Assembly (NCBI GenBank): GCA_963705425.1
Contig: CAVPJO010000015.1
Coordinates: forward strand, 94 to 64,093
Source: an uncultured Chloroflexia bacterium
GTDB lineage: Bacteria; Chloroflexota; Limnocylindria; Limnocylindrales; CSP1-4
DNA length: 64,000 nt
Reading direction: 5' to 3'
How positions within the stretch are numbered: the stretch's first letter is position 1; each line of letters starts with the position of its first letter. Both the position numbers and the translations under genes were made by a program. This document shows positions 1-12,065 of the stretch, piece after piece. The notes under the pieces are model-generated. The model saw nothing but the letters and a program-made list of their open reading frames with translations. It ran no database searches and was not told the DNA's origin.

Positions 1-1915
1 TCGGCGAGGTCCTCGAGCGCATCCGCGCCGGCTACCAGGAGCGCACGCCCGTCGGGCGGCATCCACCTCCTCTACCGCTGCCCGAGCCCGCTGCGGCAAC
101 ACGAAGCTCGCGAGCCGGCCCGCGACCGCCGAGGAGCTGCTGGCGCGAGCCCGGCGAGACGGTCAAGGTCCTCATCGAGACCCGCGGCGAGGGCGGCTAC
201 ATCATCCTCGCGCCGTCGAACGGGCGGGTCCATCCGACCGGCGGTGCCTGGACGCTCGAGGCCGGTGGCTTCGCGACCATCGCGACCATCAGCGACGAGG
301 AGCGCGACGCGCTCTTCCGCCTGGCCCGCACGTTCGACCGGATGCCGGCGCGCGAGGCACGATCGCACCGCGGCGGGACCGAGGCGACCGACCCGGCGAC
401 CGCTACGACGCGCCGCGCCGACATCGCCAGGCCCGACGCTGGCCCTGCTCGAGGCGCACGCCTGGACGCGCGTCTACACGCGCGGCGATGGCATCGACTA
501 CCTGCGTCGACCGGGCAAGGAGCATGGGCATCGAGCGCCACCTGGCCACGCGCGGTCCGGTGTCCTTCACGTCTTCAGCACGTCGGCGGCCGAGTTCGAG
601 ACCAAGACGCGGCTACAAGCCCTTCCGACGTCTACGCCGTCCTCGAGCACGGCGGCGACTGGTCGGCGGCCGCGGCGGCCCTCGCCGAGCAGGACGTCAT
701 TCCGCGCTCGTCTCGACGACGCCCCGAGCCCAGCGCCACCGCCCGTCGACCCCTGGCCCGTCGCCACCGGCGGCAGCGGCGTATCCACGGCGTCCTCGGC
801 GAGATCGCCCACGCGGTCGAGCCCCACACCGAGGCCGACCCGATCGGCGTCCTGGCCACGCTGCTGACGATGTTCGGGGTCGCCTGCGGTGACACGCGCT
901 GGCTCTACCAGGGCGCGATGCAGCCGGCCAAGCTCTACACCGTGCTCGTCGGGCCCACGGCCTTCGGCGGGCGCAAGGGCACCGCCTACAGCGTCGCCGC
1001 CGACGTCTTCGGGCGGGCCTACCCGATCCGCGACCTGCTGGTCCCGGGCGTGGCCTCGGGCGAGGGCATCGCCGGCCACTTCGTGCGCCATCCCGAGGAG
1101 CCGCGGGCGCTGGCGCTCGAGCCCGAGTTCGCGCGCCTGCTCGCGAGCATGTCGCGCGACGGCTCGACGCTCTCGGCGGTCCTGCGCAACGCCTGGGACG
1201 ACGTGCCCCTCGGGCACGCGCGCTCGAAGGACGAGGCGCAGGTCCATCGCCACCATCTCGGCCTGCTCGGCCACGTCACGCCCGACCGAGCTGCGGTTCC
1301 GCCTCACGAGCTCCGATGCCGCCAACGGCTTCGCCAACCGCATCCTCTGGCTGGCGGTGCGGCGCACGAAGCTCGTGCCCCGCCCGACCTCGCCGGGCGC
1401 GGTCATCGACGCCACGGTCATCGCCCGCCTCTACAACGCCATCGACGCCGCCCAGCAGCCGCAGGAGATGCGCTTCGACGCCGCGGCCGCCGAGCGCTGG
1501 GACTGGTTCTACGCCGAGATGGCGCTCACCACGCGCCTCGGGCCTGGCGGGTGCCGTGACGGCGCGGCACGAGGCCCACGTGGCGAGGCTGTCGCTCGTC
1601 TACGCCCTCGCCGACGGGGCCGATGCCATCGGCGAGGCGCACCTCGAGGCCGCCATCGCCTTCGCCGACTACGCCCGCCGCTCGGTCGTGTGGGCCCTCG
1701 GCGACTCGACCGGCGACCGCCACGCCGACGTCCTGCGCTCGCTGCTCGCCGATGGCGAGGTCGGCTGGGAGGACGGCAAGCGGGCGCTGGGCCTGCGCAC
1801 GGCCGCGGAGATGGTCGAGGCCGTGTCGGTCCTCGTCGACGCCGGCCTGGCGGAGGTCGCGACGGTCCCATCGGGCGGTGGCCGGCCGCGGCGGGTCATC
1901 CGGGCGCGGCCATGA
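1..1915 (+). pseudogene. Primase-polymerase + DUF3987-type replicase, 5'-truncated by the window edge, several frame interruptions
   Basis: Translated pieces: VKVLIETRGEGGYIILAPSNGRVHPTGGAWTL (prim-pol N-terminal domain pattern); LHVFSTSAAEFETKT and DVYAVLEHGGDWSAAAAALAE; then DUF3987-like EADPIGVLATLLTMFGVACG, STLSAVLRNAWDD, ANRILWLAVRRTKL, HVARLSLVYALADG. The pieces are spread over ORF-track frames 244, 342, 889 and 1316. Stop at 1913-1915. Confidence 0.7.
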
Positions 1916-2049
1916 CTTACCACGCTAACCGCGCAGGGTGCCTGCGACTTACCACGCAAACCACGCAGGGTGCCGGCGACTTTCCACGCAAAGCACGCAG
2001 GGTGCCTGCGCGGGACTTACCACGCTTTCCACGCAAACCACGCAGGGGG
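1914..2049. repeat. Four tandem iteron-like direct repeats (32-36 nt)
   Basis: Units GACTTACCACGC(N)AACCRCGCAGGGTGCC(K)GC at 1914-1945, 1946-1977, 1978-2013 and 2014-2049, starting at the replicase stop codon. Confidence 0.85.
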
Positions 2050-2146
2050 TAGGAGAGAGAGGGAATCACTAGCGCGCAACCCTTCTTCTTCTTTCTCTTG
2101 TTTGTACAGGGCCCCTGCGCGGTTTGCGTGGTTACGGCGGAAAGTC
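1914..2146. other. Putative replication origin of the element (iterons + pyrimidine/AT-rich tract + inverted iteron)
   Basis: The iteron array is followed by the tract CCTTCTTCTTCTTTCTCTTGTTTGTACA (2081-2108), the lowest-GC stretch nearby. An inverted iteron copy CCTGCGCGGTTTGCGTGGTTACGGCGGAAAGTC follows at 2114-2146. The region lies directly downstream of the replicase gene. Confidence 0.55.
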
Positions 2147-2219
2147 CCTGCCCGCCGATGACCACCCCCTCGATCGTCGCGCCGACGGCGCGACCCCCGA
2201 TGCCTGCCAGGAGGACCCC

Positions 2220-3012
2220 GTGACCACCGCTGTGCCCGCCACCGCATCCGACCACCGCCAAGCCCAAGCCCGCCATCACCCGCGACCGCTACCACCGCTA
2301 CACCTACGAGGGCCAGACGTACCCGGGCGTCACGTCCGTCCTCCGCGTCCTCGACAAGTCCGACGCGCTCATGGCCTGGGCCAGCCGCAACACCGCCGAG
2401 GCCGCCCTGGCGCAGCTCGACCACCTCGCCGGCCTGCGCGACACCGTCGGACCGGAGGGCGTCATCAAGGCGCTGACGGCACGGTCAGGGCTGGAAGCGC
2501 GACGAGGCGGCCGCCGCTGGGCACGACCATCCACGAGCTGGCGGAGCTCATCGTCGCGGGGCGAGCCGCTGCCCGGCGGCACGTCCGAGACCGCGACCGC
2601 GATGGCCGAGGCGTGGGCGACCTGGTGGGCAGGCTCAGCGGCTGGCGCACCGCCTCGCCGAGGCCTTCGTCGTCGCACCCCGACGCTCGGCTACGGCGGC
2701 ACGCTCGACCTGCTCGCCTACGACGAGCAGGGCCGGACCGTCCTGGCCGACATCAAGACCGGCTAGCGTCTACCCCGAGGTGCGCCTCCAGCTGACCGGC
2801 TACGGCCTGCCGGGCACGCTCGTCCAGCCGCAGGGCATGCCCGAGGTCTAGCCGATGCCGGCCGATCGAGCGCTACGTCGTCCTCGACACGACGGACGAC
2901 CGGCGTGCGGGTCATCGACGTCGACGTCAACGACGACGACGTCGAGGCCTTCCGCGCCTGCCTCCCGCTGCACCACTGGCGGGCACACGGCGATGGAAGG
3001 GGCAGCGGCTGA
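2220..3012 (+). pseudogene. PD-(D/E)XK (RecB/Cas4-like, phage exonuclease-type) nuclease, frame-interrupted with an in-frame stop
   Basis: Pieces RYHRYTYEGQTYPGVTSVLRVLDKSDALMAWASRNTAEAAL, GTTIHELAELIV, YGGTLDLLAYDEQGRTVLADIKTG (D..DxK-type motif) and C-terminal FRACLPLHHW, spread over three frames. Start is uncertain. Confidence 0.55.
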
Positions 3013-3541
3013 TGGAGGGGACGGCGTGCCGCGTGATGCGACCCCGTCCGCTCCCGCCGTGGCCGCACCAACCGCCGGCGCGGGAATGACTGGGAACGCA
3101 CGCCTCGCCTCGGAGCTCGGCGGCCGCCGCGTCGGCCAGTACGGCGAGCCCACGGACGTGCTGACGCCGCTCCTCGCCGTCCAGGCGAAGGTGGGCAGCA
3201 GCTTCTCGGAACGCTACTGGCGGTGGCTCCAGGCCATCCCCCGCACCGGCGATCGCATCCCGGTGCTCATCGTGGGCGATGCGCCGGGACCAGGCCATCG
3301 GCGTCGCGCCTTCGTCGTCATCGAGCTCGGCGACTTTCGCGACCTCCACGGGGAGGACGGGCCGTGAAGCGGCCACGGCGTCTGCGCCTCATCGCCGACC
3401 GAGCCCGCCGACCGGTGCGACGCCGCGCCACCGTCGGCCATGAACCCCGTCGTCCTCGCGCTGGTGGCCGCACTCCGGGACGTCGAACGACGGCGGGGTC
3501 GAGGTACAGTCCCCTGCCCCTCGGACACGGAGGACCGCCGC

Positions 3542-5112
<1,571 letters not shown>

Positions 5113-5325
5113 ACAAGGGACCGCCGCGACACATAGTCGCGCGGAATCGGGATTATAGGCCACCTTGTGTGAGCCTTCCGACACTCTCGCGCGGAGGCCA
5201 CGCTCGTCGCCGGGCTGCTGCTGGCGGCCATCGGGTTGTATCAGCTCGTCATCGGCGGTCACGGGGTGCCAGGCGAGGCCGGCGCGGTCATCGTCGGTGT
5301 CGCTCCATCTCGGAGGCTGTTCACA

Positions 5326-6468
5326 CTAGCCCTCGGCCCGGAAGCGCGGGTTCGTCTCGGCGACCTTGACGCGGGGCACGATGGCCGCGACGACGACCGA
5401 GGCCACGACGAACAGCCAGAACGCGCCGTTGATGCCAATGGCATCCGAGCTCGCGCCGATGATGGCCGGGCCGGCCATGAAGGTCAGGGTCAGCGACGTG
5501 AACACCGCCGAGAGCGAGGGCCCGCCGGGTGGGATGCGGCCGGCCGCGCCGAAGATCTGGGGCACGGTGTTGGCGATGCCGATGCCTGCTGCGACCATGC
5601 CCAGCAGCGCCACCCAGGGGTTCTGCACGATGAGGAAGGCGGCGATCGACACCGCGGCCAGGAGCATGCCCCACTGGGTCAACCGGATGGCACCGATGCG
5701 GTCCTTGGTCCAGTCCCCACCGATGCGGCCCAGGAAGAGCCCCAGTGAGAAGGCCGCGAAGGCCAGCGCCGCGAGCGACTCCCCAGCACCCGTGCCCAGG
5801 TCCATGTACACCCCGCCCCAGTCGGTGAGGCCACCCTCCACGAAGGCGATGAGCACGATCAGCCCGGCCAGTGGCCACACCGCTCGCGACGGCAGATGGA
5901 TGCCGCTGGCGCCCTCGGTCCTGACCGTGCCTGCGCCCAGCGAACGACTGGCCACGACGGCTACCGACAAGAGCATGGCACCGGCCAGCACCGCCTCGGC
6001 GATGGGGTCTACGCCGGAGGCAAGGGCAAGCGCGACACCGATCGAACCGATGACGCCGCCGAAGGACCAGCCCGCGTGCAGGCCCGAGATGATCGACTTG
6101 CCGCCCTTGTCCTCGAGCGCCACACCGTGGGCGTTCATGGACACGTCCATGGTCGTGTTGACGTAGCCGAAGAGGAACAGCGCCAAGGCCAGCACAGCGA
6201 TGGTCGGCGCCGCCACCGGGAGCACGATGAGCAGCGGAAAGACGAGCGCGGAGATGGTGAGCACCCGGCGGCTGGAGACGCGCACGAGCAGTTGTCCGGT
6301 GATCTGCTGCGCGACGAGTGCACCGAACGGCGCGCAGAGCAAGGCCAGCCCGAACACCGCACCCGAGGCGCCGAGCGATGACTTGGTGCCGGGGATCGAA
6401 GCCACCCAGGTGCCGATGATGGCGCCGTTGACGACGAACATCAGGAACGTCGCGAGGCGCGGGCTCAT
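5326..6468 (-). CDS. MFS-type transporter
   Basis: Uninterrupted 380-aa ORF, highly hydrophobic with about 12 predicted membrane segments, and MFS-like Gly/Ala-rich helices. Confidence 0.8.
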   Translation of the reverse strand: MSPRLATFLMFVVNGAIIGTWVASIPGTKSSLGASGAVFGLALLCAPFGALVAQQITGQLLVRVSSRRVLTISALVFPLLIVLPVAAPTIAVLALALFLFGYVNTTMDVSMNAHGVALEDKGGKSIISGLHAGWSFGGVIGSIGVALALASGVDPIAEAVLAGAMLLSVAVVASRSLGAGTVRTEGASGIHLPSRAVWPLAGLIVLIAFVEGGLTDWGGVYMDLGTGAGESLAALAFAAFSLGLFLGRIGGDWTKDRIGAIRLTQWGMLLAAVSIAAFLIVQNPWVALLGMVAAGIGIANTVPQIFGAAGRIPPGGPSLSAVFTSLTLTFMAGPAIIGASSDAIGINGAFWLFVVASVVVAAIVPRVKVAETNPRFRAEG

Positions 6469-6516
6469 GAGGCTTGCGCGAACGTCAGGCCGGGTGGGCG
6501 TCGCCGTGGCGCCTGC

Positions 6517-7041
6517 TCACTTGCCGGCCTTGAAGGGGTACAGCACCCAGTCGTTAGTCTCCACGACGTAGTGATCGGGCACCATGTCCACGCGCGACCT
6601 GCCGGGCTTGTAGTGCAGCACGGCGGTGACGGGCACGCCCCCAGCCATCCGGATGCGCTCTGAGACCGCGGCGATCGTGGTGCCGGAATCCCAGACCTCG
6701 TCGATGACCAGGACTCGCTTGTCGCGCAGCAGCTCGTCGGCTGGGAACTGCAGGAACTCGGCCTCGCCCCGGAAGCCGCTCTCGTCGTCGTAGACGACCA
6801 CGGCCGCCAGCAGCATGTCGCGCCAGCCCATGCGGTACCCGAGCATGCCCGCAGGCACAAGGCCACCTCGCGAGATGGCCAGCACGACGTCCGGTTCGGG
6901 GGCAGCGGCGAGGCGCTCCGCCAGCTCTGCGACGAGGCGGTCGAGGTCTTCCCAGGTGACGTCGATCTTCACGGGTTCGGGCATGCTCGCAGCGTACACG
7001 ACGGCACCGGCCGCGATCGCGCAGGGCATCCTACGCGACAT
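6517..7041 (-). CDS. Phosphoribosyltransferase (purine PRTase-like)
   Basis: PRPP-binding motif VLVIDEVWDSGTT. ORF of 174 aa; the true start may be the internal Met at 6984 (MPEPVKIDVTWEDL). Confidence 0.75.
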   Translation of the reverse strand: MSRRMPCAIAAGAVVYAASMPEPVKIDVTWEDLDRLVAELAERLAAAPEPDVVLAISRGGLVPAGMLGYRMGWRDMLLAAVVVYDDESGFRGEAEFLQFPADELLRDKRVLVIDEVWDSGTTIAAVSERIRMAGGVPVTAVLHYKPGRSRVDMVPDHYVVETNDWVLYPFKAGK

Positions 7042-7066
7042 TCCACCTGCCGATGAAGGCCTGGGC

Positions 7067-7480
7067 CTATGAGCCCGCCCGGGCTTCGCTGATCTCGATG
7101 AGGTGGCCGTCCGGGTCTCGGAAGAAGCCGCGCACCTCCCAGTCGGACGAGACCGGCGGCGTCAGGAAGACCGCCCCGCGAGCGCGAAGCGTGTCGTAGG
7201 CAGCGCGGCAATCCGGCACGCGGATGGTCATGGCATGGCTGACACGACCGAGGTCATCGCTTGTGGCGAAGGTCACGCCGGGCTTGTCCTCGGTGGGCGG
7301 GCCACCGGTCACCAGCAGCAGCCAGGCGCCCGCGAACGAGAACACAGCCGAGGAGCCTCCGTACTCGCGCACCAGCTCGGCAGCGAGGACATCGCGGTAG
7401 AAGACCACGGCTCGGGCGAGGTCGGAGACCACGAGGATGTGGGTCAGGGCCATGCCCTCGGTCGGGAACTGGTCGTTCAT
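7067..7480 (-). CDS. VOC / glyoxalase-family protein
   Basis: Uninterrupted 137 aa with HILVVSDLARAVVFYRDVL and FFRDPDGHLIEI, typical of the glyoxalase/bleomycin-resistance fold. Confidence 0.75.
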   Translation of the reverse strand: MNDQFPTEGMALTHILVVSDLARAVVFYRDVLAAELVREYGGSSAVFSFAGAWLLLVTGGPPTEDKPGVTFATSDDLGRVSHAMTIRVPDCRAAYDTLRARGAVFLTPPVSSDWEVRGFFRDPDGHLIEISEARAGS

Positions 7481-7614
7481 GTTGACTCCTCGGCTGCTGC
7501 TGACCCCCGTACCACCCCTGCTCTACCATGGACGCCTGCATCGGGCCCGATGCGACCGACGTCGCGGCGTATCGCGGCGCTGGCTCCCCACCTTGCCACC
7601 ACAGGAGATGAACC

Positions 7615-8148
7615 ATGGTATTCGGACCGATCCAGGTCTTTGCGTTCGGCTTCCCCGACACCGATCGCTTCGAGGGGCGCATCGCCGACGAGCTCGTCAA
7701 GCTCAGCGACGCGGGCATCATTCGCATCATCGACGCGCTCGCTGTCGTGGCCGAGGGAGACGAGGTCGACCTGCTGCGCGTCTCTGATCTCGACGACGAC
7801 CAGCGCGAAGAGCTGGGCATGGAGGTCGGCGCGCTGGTGGGCCTGGGTGCCGGTGGCATCGACGGTTTCCTGGCCGGTGCTGAGGTCGGGGCTGAGATCG
7901 CCGACGAGGGAGGCCTCGGGGTCGTCGAGGCCATCGGCGAGGAATTCATCGAAGACCTGCCTGATGGCACAGCCGCGCTGCTGCTGATCATCGAGCACGC
8001 TTGGGCGGTGCCGCTGCGAGCGGCCGTCGTTGATGCGGGCGGGATCCTCATGGCCAACCAGTGGATCGGCGCACAGGACTTGGTCGAGCTCGGCGCTGCG
8101 CTGCGCGTCGAAGCCGACGCTGAGGCCGACGCGGAAGCCGGCCAGTAG
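7615..8148 (+). CDS. Conserved hypothetical protein (resembles the DUF6325 type)
   Basis: Uninterrupted 177 aa. N-terminus FGPIQVFAFGFPDTDRFEGRIADELVKLSDAGIIRIIDALAVV matches the pattern I recall for that family. The family assignment is from memory only. Confidence 0.6.
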   Translation: MVFGPIQVFAFGFPDTDRFEGRIADELVKLSDAGIIRIIDALAVVAEGDEVDLLRVSDLDDDQREELGMEVGALVGLGAGGIDGFLAGAEVGAEIADEGGLGVVEAIGEEFIEDLPDGTAALLLIIEHAWAVPLRAAVVDAGGILMANQWIGAQDLVELGAALRVEADAEADAEAGQ

Positions 8149-8277
8149 CGGCCGACCTGTTGCTGATGAACGCCCGGCAGTGACCGGGCGGGGCCGGGTC
8201 GGCGCCTTCAGCGAAGGAGGCTTCGCCTCGGCCCGTCTGCATCGGCAACGCCGGTGGGCTGCGGACGAGAGGTGACC

Positions 8278-9123
8278 ATGACCTTGAAGTGGGATGGACG
8301 GGAGTGCTGGGCCGTGGTGCTTGGCGCCAGCAGCGGATTCGGAGCTGCGACGGCGAAGGCCTGGGCCCAAGCGGGTTTCGGCATCATCGGCGTCCACCTC
8401 GACATGCGCGCCACCAAGGCTGACGCCGACGCGGTCCGGGATGAGATCGCCGAGTTGGGCGTCCCGGTCGTCTTCCACAACACCAACGCCGCGGATGACG
8501 GCAAACGCGAGGCGGTCGTGGCTTCCATCGAGGCACTCTTCGAGGAGCGGCGCGTGGCCGGCGAGCGGCCCATGGTCGGCGCCATGCTGCACTCGCTGGC
8601 CTTCGGGGCCACGCTGCACTACATCAGCGACGACGCCGACCGCAAGGAGCTCTCGCGCAGGCAGCTGGAGATGACCGTCGACGTCATGGCCCACTCCCTG
8701 CTGTACTGGACACGCGATCTCTATCACGCGGGCATGCTGCAGCGCGGCAGCCGCGTCTACGCCATGTCCAGCGAGGGTGCCATCCTGGCCGTGCCTACCT
8801 ACGGCGCCGTCAGCGCTGCCAAAGCTGCCCTCGAAGCGCACGTTCGGCAGCTGGCCCTGGAGCTGGCCGATGCCGGCGTCACCGTCAACGCCATCCGTGC
8901 CGGCGTGACTGACACGCCTGCCTTGCGCCGCATCCCCGGCTGGCCCCAGCTCATCGAGGCCGCCCAGACGCGCAACCCGCAGGGCCGTCTGACCAGACCC
9001 GGGGACGTGGCCGATGCCCTGACCGTGCTGGCCACGCCGCAGACCCATTGGATGACCGGCAACGTCATCGGCGTCGATGGCGGCGAGGTCATGGGCTCGA
9101 GAGAAACGGCCGAGCTGCCGTAG
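8278..9123 (+). CDS. Short-chain dehydrogenase/reductase family oxidoreductase
   Basis: Glycine-rich dinucleotide motif GASSGFG and catalytic YGAVSAAK (YxxxK). GAGAGG lies upstream of the ATG at 8278. Uninterrupted. Confidence 0.8.
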   Translation: MTLKWDGRECWAVVLGASSGFGAATAKAWAQAGFGIIGVHLDMRATKADADAVRDEIAELGVPVVFHNTNAADDGKREAVVASIEALFEERRVAGERPMVGAMLHSLAFGATLHYISDDADRKELSRRQLEMTVDVMAHSLLYWTRDLYHAGMLQRGSRVYAMSSEGAILAVPTYGAVSAAKAALEAHVRQLALELADAGVTVNAIRAGVTDTPALRRIPGWPQLIEAAQTRNPQGRLTRPGDVADALTVLATPQTHWMTGNVIGVDGGEVMGSRETAELP

Positions 9124-9177
9124 CGGCTTGGCACCAGCCATGCGACTCGACCCGAGCCCCATGCCGACGCGAGGTTG

Positions 9178-12001
9178 ATGCCCATGTCCGATGCGCAGCC
9201 ACCTGCGCGCACCGCGCGCGGCGATCGAGCCAACCCGGCCGTCGAGGCGGAGCCGGCCGGCATCGGTTCATCGAGCGCACCGGACTCGCTCTCACGCGAG
9301 GTCCGGCTGCTGGGCTCACTGCTGGGCCAGGTCATCGCCGAGCAGGCCGGTGAAGCGATCCTCGACCTGGTCGAGCGCGTGCGCAAGCTCACCATCGACA
9401 TCCGCAAGAACCCCAGCCCCACCCGCCAGCTGGGCCTGCGCGCGATCCTCGAGGAGCTCTCGATCGAGCAGACCGAGGCGCTCATCAAGGCCTTCAGCCT
9501 GTACTTCCATCTCACCAACCTGGCCGAGGAGAAGCACCGCGTGCGGCGTGTGCGCAAACGCGCCCGCACGTCGACTCATGGCCAGGAGGGCTCCATCGAG
9601 GCGGCCGTGCGCAAGCTGCTCAAGGAAGACTCGCCCAGCGCGAGTCCAGGAGTTGCTCGACAGCCTGTCGATCGGTCTCGTCCTGACGGCGCACCCCACC
9701 GAGGCGCGACGGCGCACGATGCTGGTGGCGCTGCGACGCACGTTCTCGCTCATCGACCGCCTCGACGATCCCCGCCTGACGCCCAACGAGGACTTCGAGA
9801 TCCGACGCCGGCTGCGAGAGGAGATCTCGCTGCTGTGGCGCACCTCCGCGCTGCGCACCGAGCGCCCCTCCCCCCTCGACGAGGTGCGCACGGCGCTGCT
9901 CTTCTTCGACGAGACGCTCTTCCAGGTCACGCCGTACGTGTACCGCACGGTCGACCGCGTGCTCGACCTGGCCCCGTGGGTCAGTGACGGCGAAGAGGTC
10001 GGCAGCACTTCGGGCCCGGCACGTGACAGCGGCCACACGGGTACCCGCCCACCAGCGGTCAAGGCCTACCTGCGCTGGGGCTCGTGGATCGGCTCGGACC
10101 GTGACGGGCACCCCCGCGTCACGGCCACGACCACTCGGGAAGCGGCGGCTATCGGTGCCGACCATGTGCTGCGCGGTCTCGAGCACGTGGCCATGCGCCT
10201 CAGCCACACCGTGACGCCCACGCATATCGGCGATGACGTCTCGCCACAGCTGCGAGCGCGTCTGGATCTCGACCGCGACGAACTCGGCAATGCCTACGAC
10301 GAGATCGTCGCGCACTACCCCAACGAGCCTTACCGCCAGCGCTTCGGGTCCATCGCCGAGCGCTTGCGCCAAACCCGCCATAGACTCGTCGGCGGCCGCG
10401 GGCCCGGCGCCGGCTATCTGACACCCGGCGAGCTGCTCGCGGAGATCGACGAGCTGCAGGCCGCCCTCGTCGACGATGGCATGGCTCGTGTCGCCTACGG
10501 CGAGGTCCAGGCCCTGCGCTGGCAGGTCGAGACGTTCGGCTTCCACGCCCTCTCGCTCGAAGTCCGGCAACACAGCGAGGTCCACGCAGCCACGCTTGCG
10601 GCACTGCGTGACGGCGTGATCCTCGGCGAGCGCACGGTCGCTCCCGGCGTCACCGCGGGCGAGGTGCTCGAGACGTACCGGGCCATCGCCGACATCCAGC
10701 ACCATTTCGGGTCGGAAGCCTGCCAGCGCTATGTCATCAGCTTCACGCGCGAGGCCCAGGATGTCTACAACGTGCTTGAACTGGCCGACTACGCAGGACT
10801 GCCGCGCGACGCCCTCGATGTCGTGCCCTTGCTCGAGACGGCCGAAGCCCTCGACGCTGCCGACCAGCTCCTGGATGACATCCTTAGCGATGCTAACTAT
10901 CGGGATCACGTGCGCATCCGTGGCGACCACCAGGAAGTGATGCTGGGCTACTCGGACTCGACCAAGGAATCGGGGGCGTTGGCCGCGGCCTGGCTGCTCC
11001 ATGGTGCCGAGACGAAGCTGGTTGAGGCGGCCGCGCGGCATGGCGTCAAGCTGACGCTGTTCCACGGCCGTGGTGGCGCCATCGGCCGAGGCGGGGGCCC
11101 CATGAGCCGCGCCATCCTCGCGAGCGCACCGCATTCGCTAGACGGCACGCTCAAGATCACCGAGCAGGGCGAGGTCGTAGCCGACCGCTACGCCAACTTC
11201 GACATCGCCATGCGCCATCTCGCGCAGCTCACCAACGCGGTCCTGGTGGCCTCGTCACCGGGGCACGAACAACAAGCCAAGGATGCCCAGTTGCGCGGCA
11301 AGACCATCCTAGAGGAGCTGGCCGAGCGATCGGCACAGGTCTACCGGTCGCTGGTCTGGGAGGACCTCGGCTTCGAGGCCTTCTTCGTGGCTGCCACCCC
11401 GATCGCCGAGCTGTCCGGACTGACCATCGGCTCGCGCCCATCCGCCCGCGGCGGCGGCGCCGTGTCGCTGGAGACGATGCGCGCCATCCCCTGGGTCTTC
11501 TCGTGGGCGCAGGCACGCCTGTTCCTGCCAGCCTGGTTTGGGCTGGGCACCGCCGTGGAGAGCTACGAGACGGAACACGGCAGCGGCGCGACGGAGTCGC
11601 TGCAGGACCTCTACCGGGAGTCGCCCTTCTTCATGGGCGTCATCGACGTCATGGAGATGGCCCTGGCCAAGGTCGACCTGGCGGTCGCCCAGCGCTATGC
11701 CAGCCTTGCCCCGCAACCGGATGCAGACCGCATCTGGGAGCTCATCCGATCCGAGTTCGAGCGTACGGTGGCGGCAGTCCTGCGCATCAGCGGCCGCGAG
11801 CGACTGCTCGACGCGGCGCCGTCCCTGCAGCGTTCCATCTCGCGGCGCAACCCGTATGTCGACTCGCTCTCGGAGCTGCAGGTGATGCTCCTGGGCCGGT
11901 TGCGCGCGCTGCCCGAGGACGACCCTGAGCGCGAGCGCCTCCGCCGACTGGTGCAGCTCACCGTCAGCGGCGTGGCCGCCGGCCTCCAGAACACGGGCTA
12001 G
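9178..12001 (+). CDS. ppc: Phosphoenolpyruvate carboxylase (one frame interruption near 9640-9650)
   Basis: N-terminal part lies in the frame of ORF 9175 (LLGSLLGQVIAEQAG, FSLYFHLTNLAEE). The rest lies in ORF 9191-12001 with TAHPTEARRRT, VMLGYSDSTKESG, FHGRGGAIGRGGGP and the C-terminal QNTG. Confidence 0.92.
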
Positions 12002-12065
12002 CGGAACTGCCGCTAGCCTCGCCGCTCCGGGGAACGGCCTGCTTGCCGCGCGCACACACGCGGAG

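Noticed and set aside
7477-9162. Very long ORFs antisense to or overlapping confident genes: 7477-9162 (561 aa), 9620-11134 (504 aa), 31450-33057 (535 aa), 34420-36123 (567 aa), 38270-39481 (403 aa) and 54883-56787 (634 aa).
   Set aside because: Their Arg/Gly/Pro/His-rich, low-information translations are typical of stop-poor off-frames in very GC-rich DNA. Each overlaps a gene with clear family motifs on the other strand or in another frame.
11999-12015. The hairpin TAGCGG-AACTG-CCGCTA overlapping the ppc stop, as a terminator.
   Set aside because: The stem is only 6 bp, there is no U tract, and it overlaps the stop codon. Support is insufficient.
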